Shown one piece after another: positions 11,512-24,990 of a stretch of DNA of 64,000 nucleotides. The translations under genes were made by a program, and so were the position numbers. A model generated the notes under the pieces. The model was given only the letters and a program-made list of their open reading frames with translations. It did no database searches and had not been told where the DNA came from. Each line of letters opens with the position of its first letter. Position 1 is the first letter of the stretch. The stretch is from Vicugna vicugna. Its lineage: Eukaryota. Location: assembly GCA_013265495.1 (NCBI GenBank), contig MU058423.1:3425061-3489060 (forward strand). The letters are read 5' to 3'.

Positions 11512-12584
11512 ACTGGAGGTCCAAATCCTTCCCATGGCCCAGGAAATTCCTTGAGAGATCTGTGCTCCAAAATGTATTGCTCTGATTTAATTTTTATCTT
11601 ATTATCGCAGTCCTGTGTCCTCCCACTCTGCCTAGTTCCTTCAGATTGATAGCTTAATCAAACCATCTACATAGTTTTATTTTTATTTTGTCCCTGGGCC
11701 CCATCTCTTAGGATAGTCTTTGTTTCTACTTCCTTCTTAGGCCAGACTTCCAGGACACTGCGTCTCAGCCTGTCAAGTATCTTAGGCTCCTTCTTACCTG
11801 AGAAGGAATATCAGAGAATAAACTTGAGGGAGAGGTAGGAATCAGGGAGGAATGGTAGGGATATAGAACCCTAGAGTGAATATTCATTTAGGATATATAC
11901 TATGTTTTTGAGAATGGTATTCCACTCACAAAGGGTATCATCTTTAAACTGTCACTTGGAAGAGAACCACTTATTTTGTTCTGTGGCTATGTCAGGCCAG
12001 CGGCTTCTGTGTAGTGCTTTATGTGCTACGACTTGTGGGTCCTAGTGTCATTATATGGCCCCTTTGCAGTATAATAGGACCTTTGGTCCAGTGCAGTGTG
12101 ATACATAAGCACATACTGAAAGATCAAACACTCTTTAACTTTTGATTGTCCTGCTGGTTGAGGCTGTGCAGGCAGGTCAGCCAAACACATGCCTAGAATA
12201 TGTGTCAATTCCACTCAAGATGAAACACTGCACTTTTCAGGGTGGAATAGCTTCAGAGTAATCAATGTGTTGCTCAGTGGCTGGAAGGTTCCTTGAAAGG
12301 ATGGTGTGGTGTCAGTGGCTCAGTATTATTTTCTCATTCTAGTAGTTCAGACACTTGACAGCAGCATTAGCTGTATTAGGCACTTGGTGAGTAGGACCCA
12401 TACTCACTGTGAATAGCCTGTATCTCCACTACCATGGCTGCTCCATTCAAGAGCCCACTGTGTCAGCACTGGTGTTCATTATGTTAGTTGATGAGAGAGT
12501 CTGGCTGACCTCAACTGGTTCGGTCATTCTGTCTACTTAGTTTTTTTGTTTTTTTTCTTAACCTCTTCTATGGTAGTAACCATA

Positions 12585-13234
12585 TGTGGGTTCGTCACCA
12601 GTTGTGGGTTCTGGCTGGCAGAAGTCCCACCAAAATGGAATGAATTACTTGAGACTTTGTGGAAAAAAGTCAAGAGAGAGAGAGGGAGTCGGGAGCCAAC
12701 TCCATGAGCCTCTCAAACGCTCCCGTATTTATTGTGTACAGTCAAAGGAGGAATGCAGGTATTTAGGGAGTACAGGGTGGGATCACAATGAGTACAAGGC
12801 TTTGTTTATTGTTGGTGTTTGGCTCGAGGTCAGGAGAACCTTATTGGTAAATCATATTCGTGTTGAGCCTTTCAGCTTATCAGGGCGGAACGTATGAGAA
12901 TCAGCTGCTTAACAACATTTTTCTTGGACTCAGGTGGCTGTGCCTGTCTTAGGTTGCCCCTCTCAGGGGATCTTACCTGTCATTGGCTAACCAGCCTTCT
13001 CACCTCTGAGTCTGCAGCTTTTTATAACTTGTTTACCATTCCAGCCCAAGGCTGTTTTGGGGATAGAAGACTATCTAATAGCAGGCCTGCCCAGCATTTA
13101 TAGCCGAGGGCCTGGGTTGTTGCTAAAACCTCAACCATGCAAGCAAGTCGGTTACTAAGCACATTTGCTCTTCTTTAAGGAGATAAGTGGCTGGGATCTG
13201 TTACAATTTGTTAACCCAATCATGGGCTCCCACA
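12585..13234 (-). mobile_element. Solo ERV LTR (650 bp)
   Basis: Inverted termini TGTGGG...CCCACA; near-perfect 6-bp TSD accata (12579-12584) / agcata (13235-13240). Minus-strand TATAAAA near 13020 and AATAAA near 12805 and 12730. Confidence 0.75.
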
Positions 13235-14854
13235 AGCATATAATGTGAGAATATTTTTACTTTATCTTCACTCCCATAGATCTATCCTCATGCATATTCC
13301 CCAGACCTCTTTGTCTCTGATTTTCCAATTTTTTCCCTTTTAGGCCACTAATACCCAACCAAGGTACTCACCACTATTCGTGAGTTTCTATATATTGTTA
13401 TCTCTGGCTACTTCTCTTTGTGAAGTGAATGATCAGACCCTACTTGAAATTCTTCTCACTGGGCCAATTTCCCCATTGCTGTCTTTCTGGACTATTCTTG
13501 AGTGGTGCTATAGTGTATATCAGGCTGTTTTCAGTTTTCACTCACATAATCAGAAACCCATCCAACCAAGCTCATCTTTTTTCCTCCTCTGTCAGCCCAT
13601 CATAATGAACCTTCCTGTAGTTATAGGAATGAGTTTAAGGAGAGGTGATGGTATAACAGGGGTGGGGCATGGAGATCTGGACCAGTCTTTGTGTAACTTG
13701 CTTATGCTCTTTGATTCTATTTGTGCTTGATCTCAATGTACTGTTCCATCATATGGATTGCTACTTGGCTTACCAAGACTTCTCACCTGGTGGTTCTGAT
13801 AGAACTCAACTCATGATAATCCATCCTGGCTATAAGCACTCTGTTCTGCCAGGGCCCCATAGCATGCCAGGAACTATTACAGTTTTCTGCTGTAGGTTCT
13901 CCTTTTACAGCTTGTTATAAACTGCATGCAATATCTTTTCCTGCCTCTGACACTTTTGATACCATAGAGTCTGCTGGATCAGGTAGCCCAAGAGGCAGGG
14001 CTGCTTGCTCTATGCCTAGGACCTGTTGAAGAACTTTCTCACTATGAACCCCATTAAAATCTGTCAGCCTTTCTTGTTCCTCAGAAATGGATCAGAGCAG
14101 CTTTCTCAGTTTTGAAATATACCCCCAGAACTCAAAGAGGCCTCAGATGCTGTATTTCCTTCTTAGAGAGGTGTGAGATGCAAGCATTTGCCCTTTATTT
14201 TGGTGGTAGTGATGATGGGGCATATCCTGACATGCCCTAGACCACTGGTTCTGGAAATACTTAATTGATGTGGTAGACCCCTGAATCTTCATCGACTATT
14301 ATTTCCCATCCTCTGGAGGGCATGTATCTTACCAAGGCCTCTAACATATTGCTACTTCTTGTTCATCTAGTCCAGTTAACATAATGCCATCAATATAGTG
14401 GACCAGCATGATGCTCTGTGAATATGGAGATGGATCAGGTTGCTTTATGACAGAGGGTGGGAAAATTGTGATAAAATTCATGTAACATAAAATGTACCAT
14501 CTTAACCATTTTTAAGGGTACAGTTCAGTGGTATTAAATACATTCATAATGTGCAACCATCACCACCATCTATCTCAGTAACTCTTTTCATCTTTAAAAT
14601 GGAATATCTATATCCATTAAGCAATAACTCCCCATTGCTCCCTCCCTCCAGCCTCTGGCAATTATCATTCTATTTTTTGACTCTATGACTTTTCTACTGT
14701 ATGTACTTCATATGAGTGGACTTATACAGTATCTGTCATTTTGTGATTGGCTTATTTCACTTAGCATAATGTCTTCTGAGTCCATCCATGTTGTAGCATG
14801 TGCCAAAATCCTTTTTAGGGCTGAATAATATTCCATCACATATATATAGATACG

Positions 14855-14862
14855 TCTGTCTG

Positions 14863-14910
<48 letters not shown>
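14855..14910. repeat. (TCTG)n(TCTA)n tetranucleotide microsatellite
   Basis: Direct reading. Confidence 0.95.
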
Positions 14911-15136
14911 CCATGTTTTTGGCGCTGTGTCATTCTCAGCCTTTTGTTCAGTGCATTGATGCTTCCAGCAACATCCATCCAATTCCATAGTTATTATGAT
15001 TAGTATTTCTCCTGAATTCCTTAAAAGCTGAGATACTGCATCAGCTAGCACATTGTCTTTCCATCCCAGGTCACCATCTAGCCCCAGTGATGGTGTATCA
15101 TGTGGGGTCTGCTTCCTAGGACCATTTCTGGTACCA

Positions 15137-15580
15137 GCTGTTAAAGGTTGTATTCCATGAGAACTGCCTCTAATACTCAGATTCATACTCAGGAAGTTTA
15201 TTGGGGAGTGCTCTTCGGGTTAATACCTGTGAGAGCTAGAGGAAGCAGGATTGGACAGAGGGAGAAATTGAACTGTGATGGAGTTGCAGCAGAAGCTTTA
15301 GACAATTCAAGAGGAACTCTGAATCTGGGATAGCCTTTCAGAGTTGTCTTGTCCTGAGGCAAGAGGGCCAGGCCTTTTTTGCCTGTCCCTGCTTCCTTCA
15401 CCTGCTCCCCCATTTAGTGAATGTGGGCTGCTCCAGGGAGTGACTTTAGGCATGGTGAGTCTTTTCAGCCCTGGACAACATGAAGGGAGGGGCTCAACTG
15501 AGAGATGTCAGTCACCAGTACTCTCAGCCACTCTCATTCCGTGGGGGGATGTGGGCAGTGTACCAGAGAATTTACCATAG
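15137..15580 (-). mobile_element. ERVL LTR (LTR16-like)
   Basis: Adjacent to the PBS-like motif; 'aagtttattggggagtgctctt...acctgtg' resembles LTR16-type LTRs. Right boundary approximate. Confidence 0.5.
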
Positions 15581-16304
15581 TGATGTATTCTGCAAGTAAT
15601 GCTGACAGGATTGGTTGGTTAATTGGATATGGAGTGTGAGGTAAAGGAAAAATTCAAGAATGACTCCAGGATTTTTGGTTTGAACAACTGGATGGATAGT
15701 GGTGCCATTTGCTAAAATTAGGCAGAATTGCAGAGGAGTGAGGTGGGGCAAGTGATTAATAAATCTTTCTTTGTTTGGACATTTGAGATTCCTTTAAAAA
15801 ATCCAAGTGGCTATATCAAGTAATAGTTTTGTATTTGAGTCTAAACCTCAGAGGAGACGTCAGGGTTAGAGATAAACATCGTTGGCGTTATGCATGCAGA
15901 GCTTGGATATTGGATGAGATCCCCGAGTGTGGGGAAAATTATTTGGAAACTAAAAGCTGAAATCTAGCCAAACTATCATTTAAAGTAAACCCAATTTGGG
16001 ATATACCAAGTTTGTTACCCTCAAAGTTTGGAGAGACTTCTTGAGAATGGAGTTCTAATAAAATGAAAAATAAATCTAAGAAAGAGGAAAACATGGGATA
16101 AAGGGAAAATGATGAATAAAGAAAGAATACTGTGCATAATTAAATGCTTTTACTGCATTAATTTTTCCAGCCTTGTTGAGGTATAATTGACATATAACAT
16201 TGTGCAAGTTAAAGGTGTACAACATGATGGTTTGTATATGTATATGTTGTAAAATGATTACTACAGTAAGGTTAGTTAACACATCATTACCTCATGTAAT
16301 TACC

Positions 16305-16306
<2 letters not shown>

Positions 16307-16342
<36 letters not shown>
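16307..16342. repeat. (TG)n microsatellite inside an L1 3' fragment
   Basis: Direct reading. Confidence 0.95.
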
Positions 16343-16343
<1 letters not shown>

Positions 16344-16650
16344 TGAGAACATTTAAGATCTATGTATTAATTTTTTGGAATATATTTATTTAGGTATAAT
16401 TTACATACTATGAAATTCACCTATTGTTAAGTGTACAGTCAGTGATTTTTAGTAAAAAATTATACAGTTGTGTAACATTACCACCATATGCTTTTGGAAT
16501 ATGTCTGTCAGTTCAAAAACAAAGATCCCTTGTGCCCATTCTTTGCAGCTTCAACTCCCATCTCTACCCCTAGGCAACAATTGATTTGCTTTTTGTCTCT
16601 GTAAATTTTCCTTTTTTGGAAGTTTCATATAAATGGAAACAAACAACGTA

Positions 16651-17485
16651 CAGTAGTCCACCATTATCTTTGGGGTATACGTTCCAAGACCCTCAGTGGA
16701 TGCCTGAAACTGCAGATAGAACTGAACCCTACATATACTTTGTTTTTTTCCTACAAAAACATACCTGTGATAAAGTTTACTTTATAAGTTAGGCACAGTA
16801 AGAGATTAACAATAACTAACAATAAAATAGAACAATTATAACAATATACTGTAAGAAAAAGTTATTTGAATATGGTTTCTCTCTCAAAATATCTTATTGT
16901 ACAGTTTAATGCCTTTTCCATCTTAACCAAGCACTTACTACGTACTGTGGCTGTAACTTTTGCAGTTTGAGGTGCTATAGCAAAACTAGCATGAATTTCT
17001 TTTTCCTTCTTCACAATTTCACTGGTAGAAAATTCGTTCATCCCGTAGACCTTAGCAACCTCAGCGTACAATTTATTTTTCCTTACTAAGTCAAGAACTT
17101 TCACTTTTTCACTTAAAGGAAGCACTTTATGGCTTCTTTGCCAAATCCAAATTGCCAACATCACTGCTCTTGTGCTTTGGGGCCATTACTAAGTAAAATA
17201 AGTGTTACCTGAACATAAGCGCTGTGATACCTTGACAGGCAACCTCATAACCTAGACAACCAGTAAGTGACTGGCAGCTGGGATACCTGGACAAAGGGAT
17301 GATTCATGTCCTGGGTGGGATGGAGCCTGGTGGAGTGAGATTTCATCATACTACTCAGAACGGCACACAATTTAAAACTTATGTATTGTTTATTTCTGGA
17401 ATTTTCCATTTATTTTCCACGGTTGACTATGGGTACTGAAACTGCAGAAGGTGAAACCTTAGATGGGCAGGGAGAGGGGCTACTC
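16651..17485 (-). mobile_element. TcMar-Tigger DNA transposon (MER44/Tigger7-like)
   Basis: TA|CAGTAGTCC terminus. Minus ORF 16862-17164 (KVLPLSEKVKVLDL...AEVAKVYG...) is a CENP-B/pogo-type N-terminal HTH remnant. Confidence 0.8.
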
Positions 17486-18798
17486 TACTATGATTTTTTT
17501 TTTTAAAGTTGGTAACTATGGAGGCATGTTCCCCAAACTGAGATGTTCTCCATGATGTAATCAGAATGATTTATAGGTAATTAAACAGGAATAATTTTCT
17601 CATTGTGATTTAGTGTTATTTAATACTATTTCCATGTAAGCACCGTATGTATTCCACTCATTGGGAAACACTACCTACAGAATTAATTTGAAATCCTTTT
17701 CGTGGCATGTAAGTCCTGTCATGATCTCTCCCCTGCCTACCTTATCTCCTCCTTTTCTCCCTTGCATTTTTGTCCTTAGCAAATTGCAGCTATTTAGGAT
17801 TGTTATGACTAAATGAGTCTGTACGTATAAAGTGCTGAGAAGTAAGTGCTCAATAAATATTAGCTATTATTATTATCCATATCATTAATGTTGTGTTTTT
17901 TCTAATCAAATACTGTCACATATTCTTGGAGTGCCCTTTCCCATTTGTCTGCCCAGCTGATGCCAATTTTTCTCTGCGGGCCTCAGCTCAAGCCCTCTTC
18001 CCCTGTGAAGGCTCTCCTGAATCCCCCCAAACTCTACTGTACCTTGAATACATTCCTATTATGTCACCTAACAAATTCTCTTTGGCTATGTGAATGGTCT
18101 CTACTTGTCTGTCACTTCCTTCAGGGCAGGGACTGTGTCTTCTTGTCTTTTAATCTCTAGAACCTAGTCCATTGCCCAGTTCACAGTATTTATTAACTCC
18201 ATGGAGGTTGATTAAGGGCCTTTGAATGTCATACTTTATGCCAGACATTGATGGTACAAAAATGAACAAGAAATGGTTTGTGCCTTTGAGGTAGGAGTCT
18301 TCTGGAAATATATATGATGTACATTTTGAAATTATGATGATTAATTTTTTATTTAGAAAAACAGAATACCCCGGTGAGATCTGAACATACACTCTTGCTT
18401 CCTAAGGCTTGATCTCAAATCATTAATCTGTGGATCATTCTAGAATTCCACATATTTTATCCCATTTAGTTAATAGAGGGTAAACTCTCTGATGGCAAAG
18501 ACTATATGTATCTTAGTATCTTTATTCTCTCAAGATATTTGGCATTCATTGTTTGCCTCAGGTAAATACTTACATGTAAGATTTCTAATTATTTGGAATG
18601 AGATGGTGGCTATCGACTTTAGTATTGTGCAAATTAAAAATCACCTGATGTATTTAGCTCTGTAGTGGTGACTGAGAAACGAGGACAGTGGATGCTGATA
18701 GAAGTCATAATAGGTATGAGTGAAACGTGCCAATGTTAGCATGGTATAGTAGCTTTACCTGCAATACATCTCTGTAATGAGTTTCTTTTTTCTTGTAG

Positions 18799-18925
18799 GA
18801 TATTTTTAAAGCTGGAGATACCAATGATGATTTGAAATTGGACTTTGAAGAATTTATGCAGTACCTTAAAGAACATGAGAGAAAAATGAGGCTGGCATTT
18901 AATAGTCTGGACAGAAATAATGATG
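18799..18925 (+). CDS. SLC25A54: SCaMC-1-like exon 2 (EF-hand 2, start of EF-hand 3)
   Basis: ttgtag|[46 protein letters not shown]; donor G|GTGTGT. Confidence 0.95.
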
Positions 18926-20736
18926 GTGTGTGTGTGTGTTATCCACAATTAGCTTAACATGAATAACCACTATCAGTAATAAGTATATTTTTAATTGGCC
19001 TTGAACTTACTCCACTCCTAATATTAGAGGTTCTATTGTGTCTATCACTTGTCTAGCAGTAATTTTTTAATTTCTAAGAATAATATATAAACTATATTTA
19101 TTAGTATTAACGTTTCTGTATTGTTAACCTTTTAAAAATAATTTTTGTCCTCTGAATTTAAAACTTCTTGACTTGGTGAGTAGACCTCTTCACTTTTTTG
19201 CAATAAATGAGCTGAAAGTATCATGGTAGTTTAAAAAGTTACATTTCTTGTTTTCTTGTTGATTTTGAAAATATTTCAGTTGTAGGAAAGTTATATAACA
19301 CAGAAAAGCTCCTAAAGGAAAGTAAAAGTTACTTGTAACCCTGCTGTCTAGAGATCAGACTCAGCATTTTAATATATTTTTAATATTTTCTTCTAGACTT
19401 TTTGTCTCTATGTCTTTCTTGGTTTCTCTCTTTTTAAATGAAATTGTAGTCATGCTGTATGTATAGTTTGGTGTTCTACTTTTTTCTTTTAATGTGAATG
19501 TAAGCATTCCGCTTCTTTTAATAGTCTTCACAAAGATAATTTTCAATGACTGAAATACTCAGTTGGTGAGGAGGTTTATTTAATGACTCCCATATTGTTA
19601 GACATTTAGGATGTTTCCAGTATTTTACTCTTATACATATGATCAGTATTCACGCTGATTTGCATAGAAAAGGAATACTCTACTATGTTGTTATAGACCC
19701 TTAAATCAGAGAGACTAAATGTAAAAATATAATACCATTTCTGCATCCACATGTGGCTAACTCACCATGGGGAATTAGAAACTAATTATACCCTATTTAA
19801 GAAACATATATGTTAATTTTTAAGTTTTGTTAAATCTGATTTTTGTTAATTGAAAAATTCTAAGTGAACCAGAAAAGATATTTTAAGGATTCTACTGATG
19901 AGTTCTTGGGTAAGACAAAGTATAACCTGAATGTCACGGGCTTCAGTGACCTGTGAGCTCAAAAGTGGCTGCATTTACCTTAATACTCAAATTGCAGTGC
20001 TACAGGCTTCCATTCACTTTCCAGAAGGAAGTTGAGGGCTTTCTGGGCCCTCCTACTAAAATAGTACCCAGAAGCTTAAGAAGTACTGCTTATTCATGTC
20101 TGTAAATCAGGTCATCATTTGCTGTTGGTCTAAGACTGATAGTTCTATTCTTGTGCTGTTCTGGAATTTCACTCTTTTATTGCTGGTTACCACCATGATC
20201 ACATTTGTAAGCTGAAAATCCACTGTGTCAGATAATCAGTGAAATGAGAATGCCATTAGTAAAAACTACTGCTATTGTCCCTGAAAATCAGTGCCTTTTT
20301 TCTTTTTAGCTCTTGGTAATAATAGAGAATACTCTTTCTGAGGCAAGAGGGCAATCCAAAGTAATACAGTGATTGGAAATACAGATCTTTTAATTTCTAT
20401 CTTGACTAGTCAAACTGGAACATCATAGCTCAGCCCCCAAAGTCCTGCAGTGGTACCATTCTATTAGAGCTGCTGTCCAAATTCCCACTGGCTTCCTATA
20501 TCTTGAGCACCTGAGCTGTGATAGCAGGTATGACACTGTACCGTGGACACCAGGGCTGTCGCCTATGTGGACTGCCGAGCTCAGGCTCCAGCCGCCCTGC
20601 AGAGGTGCTGCTCTGCTTGAGCTGCCTGCTGTCAGGGACCACCTGGCTGCTGCCTCAGTGACCACATTTGTGTGGAGCTCAGCCAGTTTTCTTTGGCCAC
20701 GATGCTCTTTGTGGGTGGGAAAGGGAATATCTCCTC

Positions 20737-21165
20737 TGTTATGGACTGAATTGTGTTGAATTCAGTTGAATATGTTGAAGTCCTGGCCCCAGTACCTCAG
20801 ACTGTGACCTTAATTGGAAATTGGTCTTTACAGAAGTAATCAAGTTAAAATGAGGTCATGTCATGTAAAGGGGGAATCTGGACACAGGGACAGATGTGCA
20901 CAGAGGGAGCTGATGTGAAGTGGCCATTTGATGATGGAGTCAGGCTTGGAATGATACGTCTACAAGGCAAGGAATAGCTGAGACTACTGGAAGCTAGGAG
21001 AGAAGTATAGAGCAGATCCTCCCCGAGCATCTCCAGAAGGAGCATGGCCCTGCCAATGCCATCGTTTCGGACTTCTGGCCTCCGTAACTGTGAGACAATA
21101 ATTCCTGTAGTTCTAGCTACCCAGGTTGTGGTACTTTGTTACAGCAACCCTAGGAAACTAATACA
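20737..21165 (+). mobile_element. MaLR solo LTR (MLT1-type)
   Basis: TGTTATGGACTGAATTGTGT...GGAAACTAATACA termini, flanked by ctcctc on both sides. Confidence 0.85.
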
Positions 21166-21619
21166 CTCCTCCCTCTTACTATGCCTCATCAGAAGGTGTC
21201 CGATATCAGAATATTTTGGGCCTCAGAGTACCGCTTTTTCAATTCATATGAATATACTGCCACTTTCCCCTAAAGTGTACAGGTGCTTCCAGACTGGCTG
21301 GGATGGGGTAATTTCTGGTATCTTGTGTGCACCACTGACCCTGGAGCCAACATTTCCTCCAAATCCTATTATTGGATCTGACTCACTACATCACATCTTT
21401 TCCCTTCCTGTCCTTCCTGACATCATTGTTCCTCTTGGAATTCTCTCAGTTCATCTCACACTTAATATGTGTTAAACATTGATACTAGGATTCAGTTTTT
21501 TCCACTCCTTTCTGTGCCCCAGGAGGCTTTCCAGGCCTTGGGCGAATCAATGGAGACAAGAGAATGCATGTGCACTGATGTACTATCAAACTCACTAGCT
21601 GGAAACCTTCAAGGCCCAG

Positions 21620-22505
21620 TGCATATCTTAGCTATGGTAAATAGTGCTGTTGTGAACAATGGGGTGCATGTAGCTTTTCGAATTAAGAGTTTTTTGTCTT
21701 TTCTGGTTATATACCTAGAAGTGAGATTGCTGGACCATATGGTAAGTCTATTTTTAGTTTCTTAGGGAATCTCCATACTGTTCTCCATAGTGGCTGCACC
21801 AATATACATTCCCACCAGCAGTGTAGGAGGGTTACTTTTTCTCCACACCCTCTCCAGCATCTATTATTTGTGGACTTTTTTTTTTAATGATGGCCATTCT
21901 GATGTGAGGTGATACCTCACTGTGGTTTTGATTTGCATTTCTCTAATGATTAGCAATGTTGAGTGTCTTCTCCTGCGCCTGTTGGCCATATGTATGTTTT
22001 CTTTGGAGAAATGTTTATTTAGGTCTTCTGCCCATTTTTTGATTGGGTTGTTTGTTTGTTTGTTTTTGATATTGAGCTGTATGAGCTGTTTGTATATTTT
22101 GGAAATTAATCCCTTGTTGGTCACATCATTTGGAAATATTTTCTCCCAGTCCGTGGGTTTTCTTTTTGTTTTGTTCATGGTTTCCTTTGCAGTGTAAAAG
22201 CTTTGAAGTTCATATAGGTACCATTTGTTTATTTTTGCTTTTGTTCCCATTACTGTAGAAGATGGATCCAAAAAATATTGCTGCAATTTATGTCAAAGGG
22301 TGTTCTGCCTATGTTTTCCTCTGGGAGTTTTATAGTAGCTGGTCTTATATTTAGATCTTTAATTCATTTTGAGTTTTTTTTCGTATATGATATTAGTGAA
22401 TGTTCTAATTTCATTCTTTTAAATGTCTCTGTCCAGTTTTCCCAGCACCACTTATTGAAGAGACTGTCTTTTCTCCATTGTATATTCTTGCCTTATTTGT
22501 CATAG
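21620..22505 (-). mobile_element. L1 ORF2 fragment
   Basis: Minus ORF 21864-22286 (KAKINKW...WEKIF...[18 protein letters not shown]...REMQIKTT) is the ORF2p C-terminus. Confidence 0.9.
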
Positions 22506-23419
22506 GTTTAGTAAAATGCATAGTTTTATGTTTTGGGCTTTCTATCCTGAAGAAAGGATTTTCTGAGCAGAAAATAGCTCGAACAGTGGCAGAATTGGAG
22601 AACTGTCAGACAAGGTCAGAGCTAGTTAATATGGTGTTTCAAATTTGGCCTTAACTTACTATTTTGGGGGAAAGATTTCATTGATGTATAATATATATAA
22701 CAAAGTGCATAAATTGTAAGTAAAATCTTCATGAGTTTTCCCAAGGCAAAAAGACAACATGAAAACAGAATCCAGATTAAGAAGAATATTACTAGCATCT
22801 CAGAAGCATCCCTTTTTCATCCCCTTCAAATCACCACCACCTTCCAAAGTAACTTTGTTTATTCTTTGAAAGAACCAGCTCTTGGTTTGATTGATTTTTT
22901 TTTCTATTTCTTATCTCTATTTTATTTATTTCCTCCTTGATCTTTATTATTTCTTTCCTTCTGCTGACTTTAGGTTTTGTTTGCTCTTTTTATAATTCTT
23001 TCAGGAAGTAGGTTAGGTTGTTTATTTGAAAAGTTGTTTTCATATTTTAAAAGACTAGGTATCTTCAATGATTTATTTTACACAAGGGAAGAATCAAAGA
23101 TATTTGGACTTGGGGAGTGACATGATTAGATATGTAGTTTAAGGTTTGAGGACAATATGGAATACTTAATTTTTCCTTCAGATTTCTTCAGCAATGTGAA
23201 ATTGAAATACATGGTAGGCTTGTATATTAGTTGATTTGAGTTATTTAACATAGGATATGCTTGTGTTAAAAAAGAGTTTTGTGCTGTATTTTAAGAATGT
23301 TGTTTCTTCTAAAGGTAACCTTATAAAATATTGAGTAGCCTTATTTTTATGCCAGTGAATCAGGTCTTCAGAATTAGCTTTTCAATTTTTTTCCAAGTAA
23401 GTATAATCAATATCTGTTA

Positions 23420-23757
23420 TAGGTCTAATAATCTCTTATTGGAAACCTTTGGGGCCAGATATGTTTTGAAATTTAGAATTAGAATTTTAGAAAAGTAAAA
23501 TTGTGCATATGTGATGTATTACTTCATACTCCAAGTGAGGTCTGGAGCACCACTGTGCAATTGTATACATGACTTTTTCTTCAGTGAAACAAATGAATAA
23601 CCACGATAAATTAGATAAATAATTGACTAAAATTAACTTCATAACAGCTTAAGGAAGGTTTTGCCATCAAATCAATTTTGGTGCCAAATTTACAAACAGT
23701 CTTTTAGTTTTTAGAGCTTTTTAGGCCTTGGGTTGTGAATATGGGATTATAAGCCTA
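23420..23757. mobile_element. MER46-like Tigger-derived element
   Basis: TA-flanked imperfect inverted termini (taggtctaataatctcttatt... / ...atatgggattataagccta) and 'gaaacctttggggccagat' motif. Confidence 0.6.
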
Positions 23758-23855
23758 TAAAGCTCGTGGGCTTTTTAAGACTATTGCATTCTAAGTATAT
23801 TTTGCCTTGTTATATTTTCAGATATTTTAACTTGACTTTTTTTCACTTTTTAAAG

Positions 23856-23943
23856 GAGTAATAGAAACTTCAGAAATAATTGATGCTTTGAAATCACTGG
23901 GTATACATATTTCTGAAGCTCAGGCAGAAAAGATTCTACAAAG
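23856..23943 (+). CDS. SLC25A54: SCaMC-1-like exon 3
   Basis: taaag|GA; (G)VIETSEIIDALKSLGIHISEAQAEKILQ(S); donor AG|GTCAGC. Confidence 0.95.
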
Positions 23944-24264
23944 GTCAGCCCTTAGCCTTATTTTTAGTAGTTTTAATTGTTGTTTAATATTCCACGTTAG
24001 AAATTGGTTGCTATAAATGTAGTTTCTTTCTTCCACCCTTCCTTTCTTCTCTCCTTCCTCCCTCTCTCACTTCCTTTCTTTTTAGGTTTGATAACATCAA
24101 GTTTTATTGACACTCTTATAAGAAAGATATCTAAGAAATTTGTTGAATTGTGAATGCTATTGACTGAAGCGCAAAACATTCTCTTATAAACTCTACAAGA
24201 TAAAATTCTGCTTACTTCTAGTTCAAAGAATAGTTGTAATTCTCTTAAGCAATTGATTTAAAAT

Positions 24265-24990
24265 TTTTTTAATTTTAATTTTTTTGACATACAGAAAGTA
24301 CCTAATTTATGTACACAACTTTATGTGTTTGGAGGTATAATACACCCAGGGAACCATAACCACAATTCATGCTGTAAACATATCCATTACTTATGAAGGT
24401 TTTTTCCCACTTTCTTATTTTATTTATTATTATTATTATTACTATTATTATTATTCATGATAGGAACACTTTCTTACAATTAACACTTAAATTTACCTAT
24501 TTTTAAACTGGAGGATAACTGACACATAACATTATATTAATTTCAGGGGTATAACATGATGATCACCACAATAGGTCTAGGTAACATCCGTCATCATACG
24601 TAATTATAAAATTTTTTTCTATGATGAGAATATTTAAGATTTACCCTCTTAGCAACTTTCAAGTATGCCATATAGTATTATTAACTGTAGTTACCATGCT
24701 GTATATTATATTCTCGACTTCTAAATTTTTGTGACTTTGACCCCCTTTACCCATTTCACCCACCTCCCAACCCCCCACCTCTGGCAATCACCAGTCTGTT
24801 TTCTCTATCTATGAGCTCTCTCTCTTTCTTATTTCAAGATTCCACAAATAAGTGATGTCAAATGGTATTTGTCTTTCTCTGTCTGATTTATTTCACTTAG
24901 CATAATGTCCTCAAGGTCCATACATGTTGTTTCAAGTGGCAAGATTTTCTTATTTTTTATGGCTAAATAATATTTCATTGTATGTATGTG
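24265..24990 (-). mobile_element. L1 3' fragments
   Basis: Minus ORF 24829-25017 (MDLEDIMLSEINQTEKDKY) and L1 3'UTR motifs. Confidence 0.8.

Larger units (their letters stand above)
11990..15136 (-). mobile_element. Degenerate ERVL-type internal sequence, interrupted by a solo LTR, an L1 piece and (TCTA)n
   Basis: Antisense pol-like motifs (e.g. 'atgccatcaatatagtggaccagcatg' reads MLVHYIDG, an RT YIDD-like motif) and PBS-like tggtaccagaaa at 15125-15136 next to an LTR. Confidence 0.6.

Noticed and set aside
16862..17164. CENP-B-like HTH ORF as a domesticated transposase gene
   Set aside because: Lies within an internally deleted Tigger-type element with no catalytic domain and no exon context.
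20423..20736. Locally GC-rich patch in intron 2 with short ORFs on both strands
   Set aside because: No recognisable homology or convincing splice-site pair; probably part of an old LTR/ERV relic.
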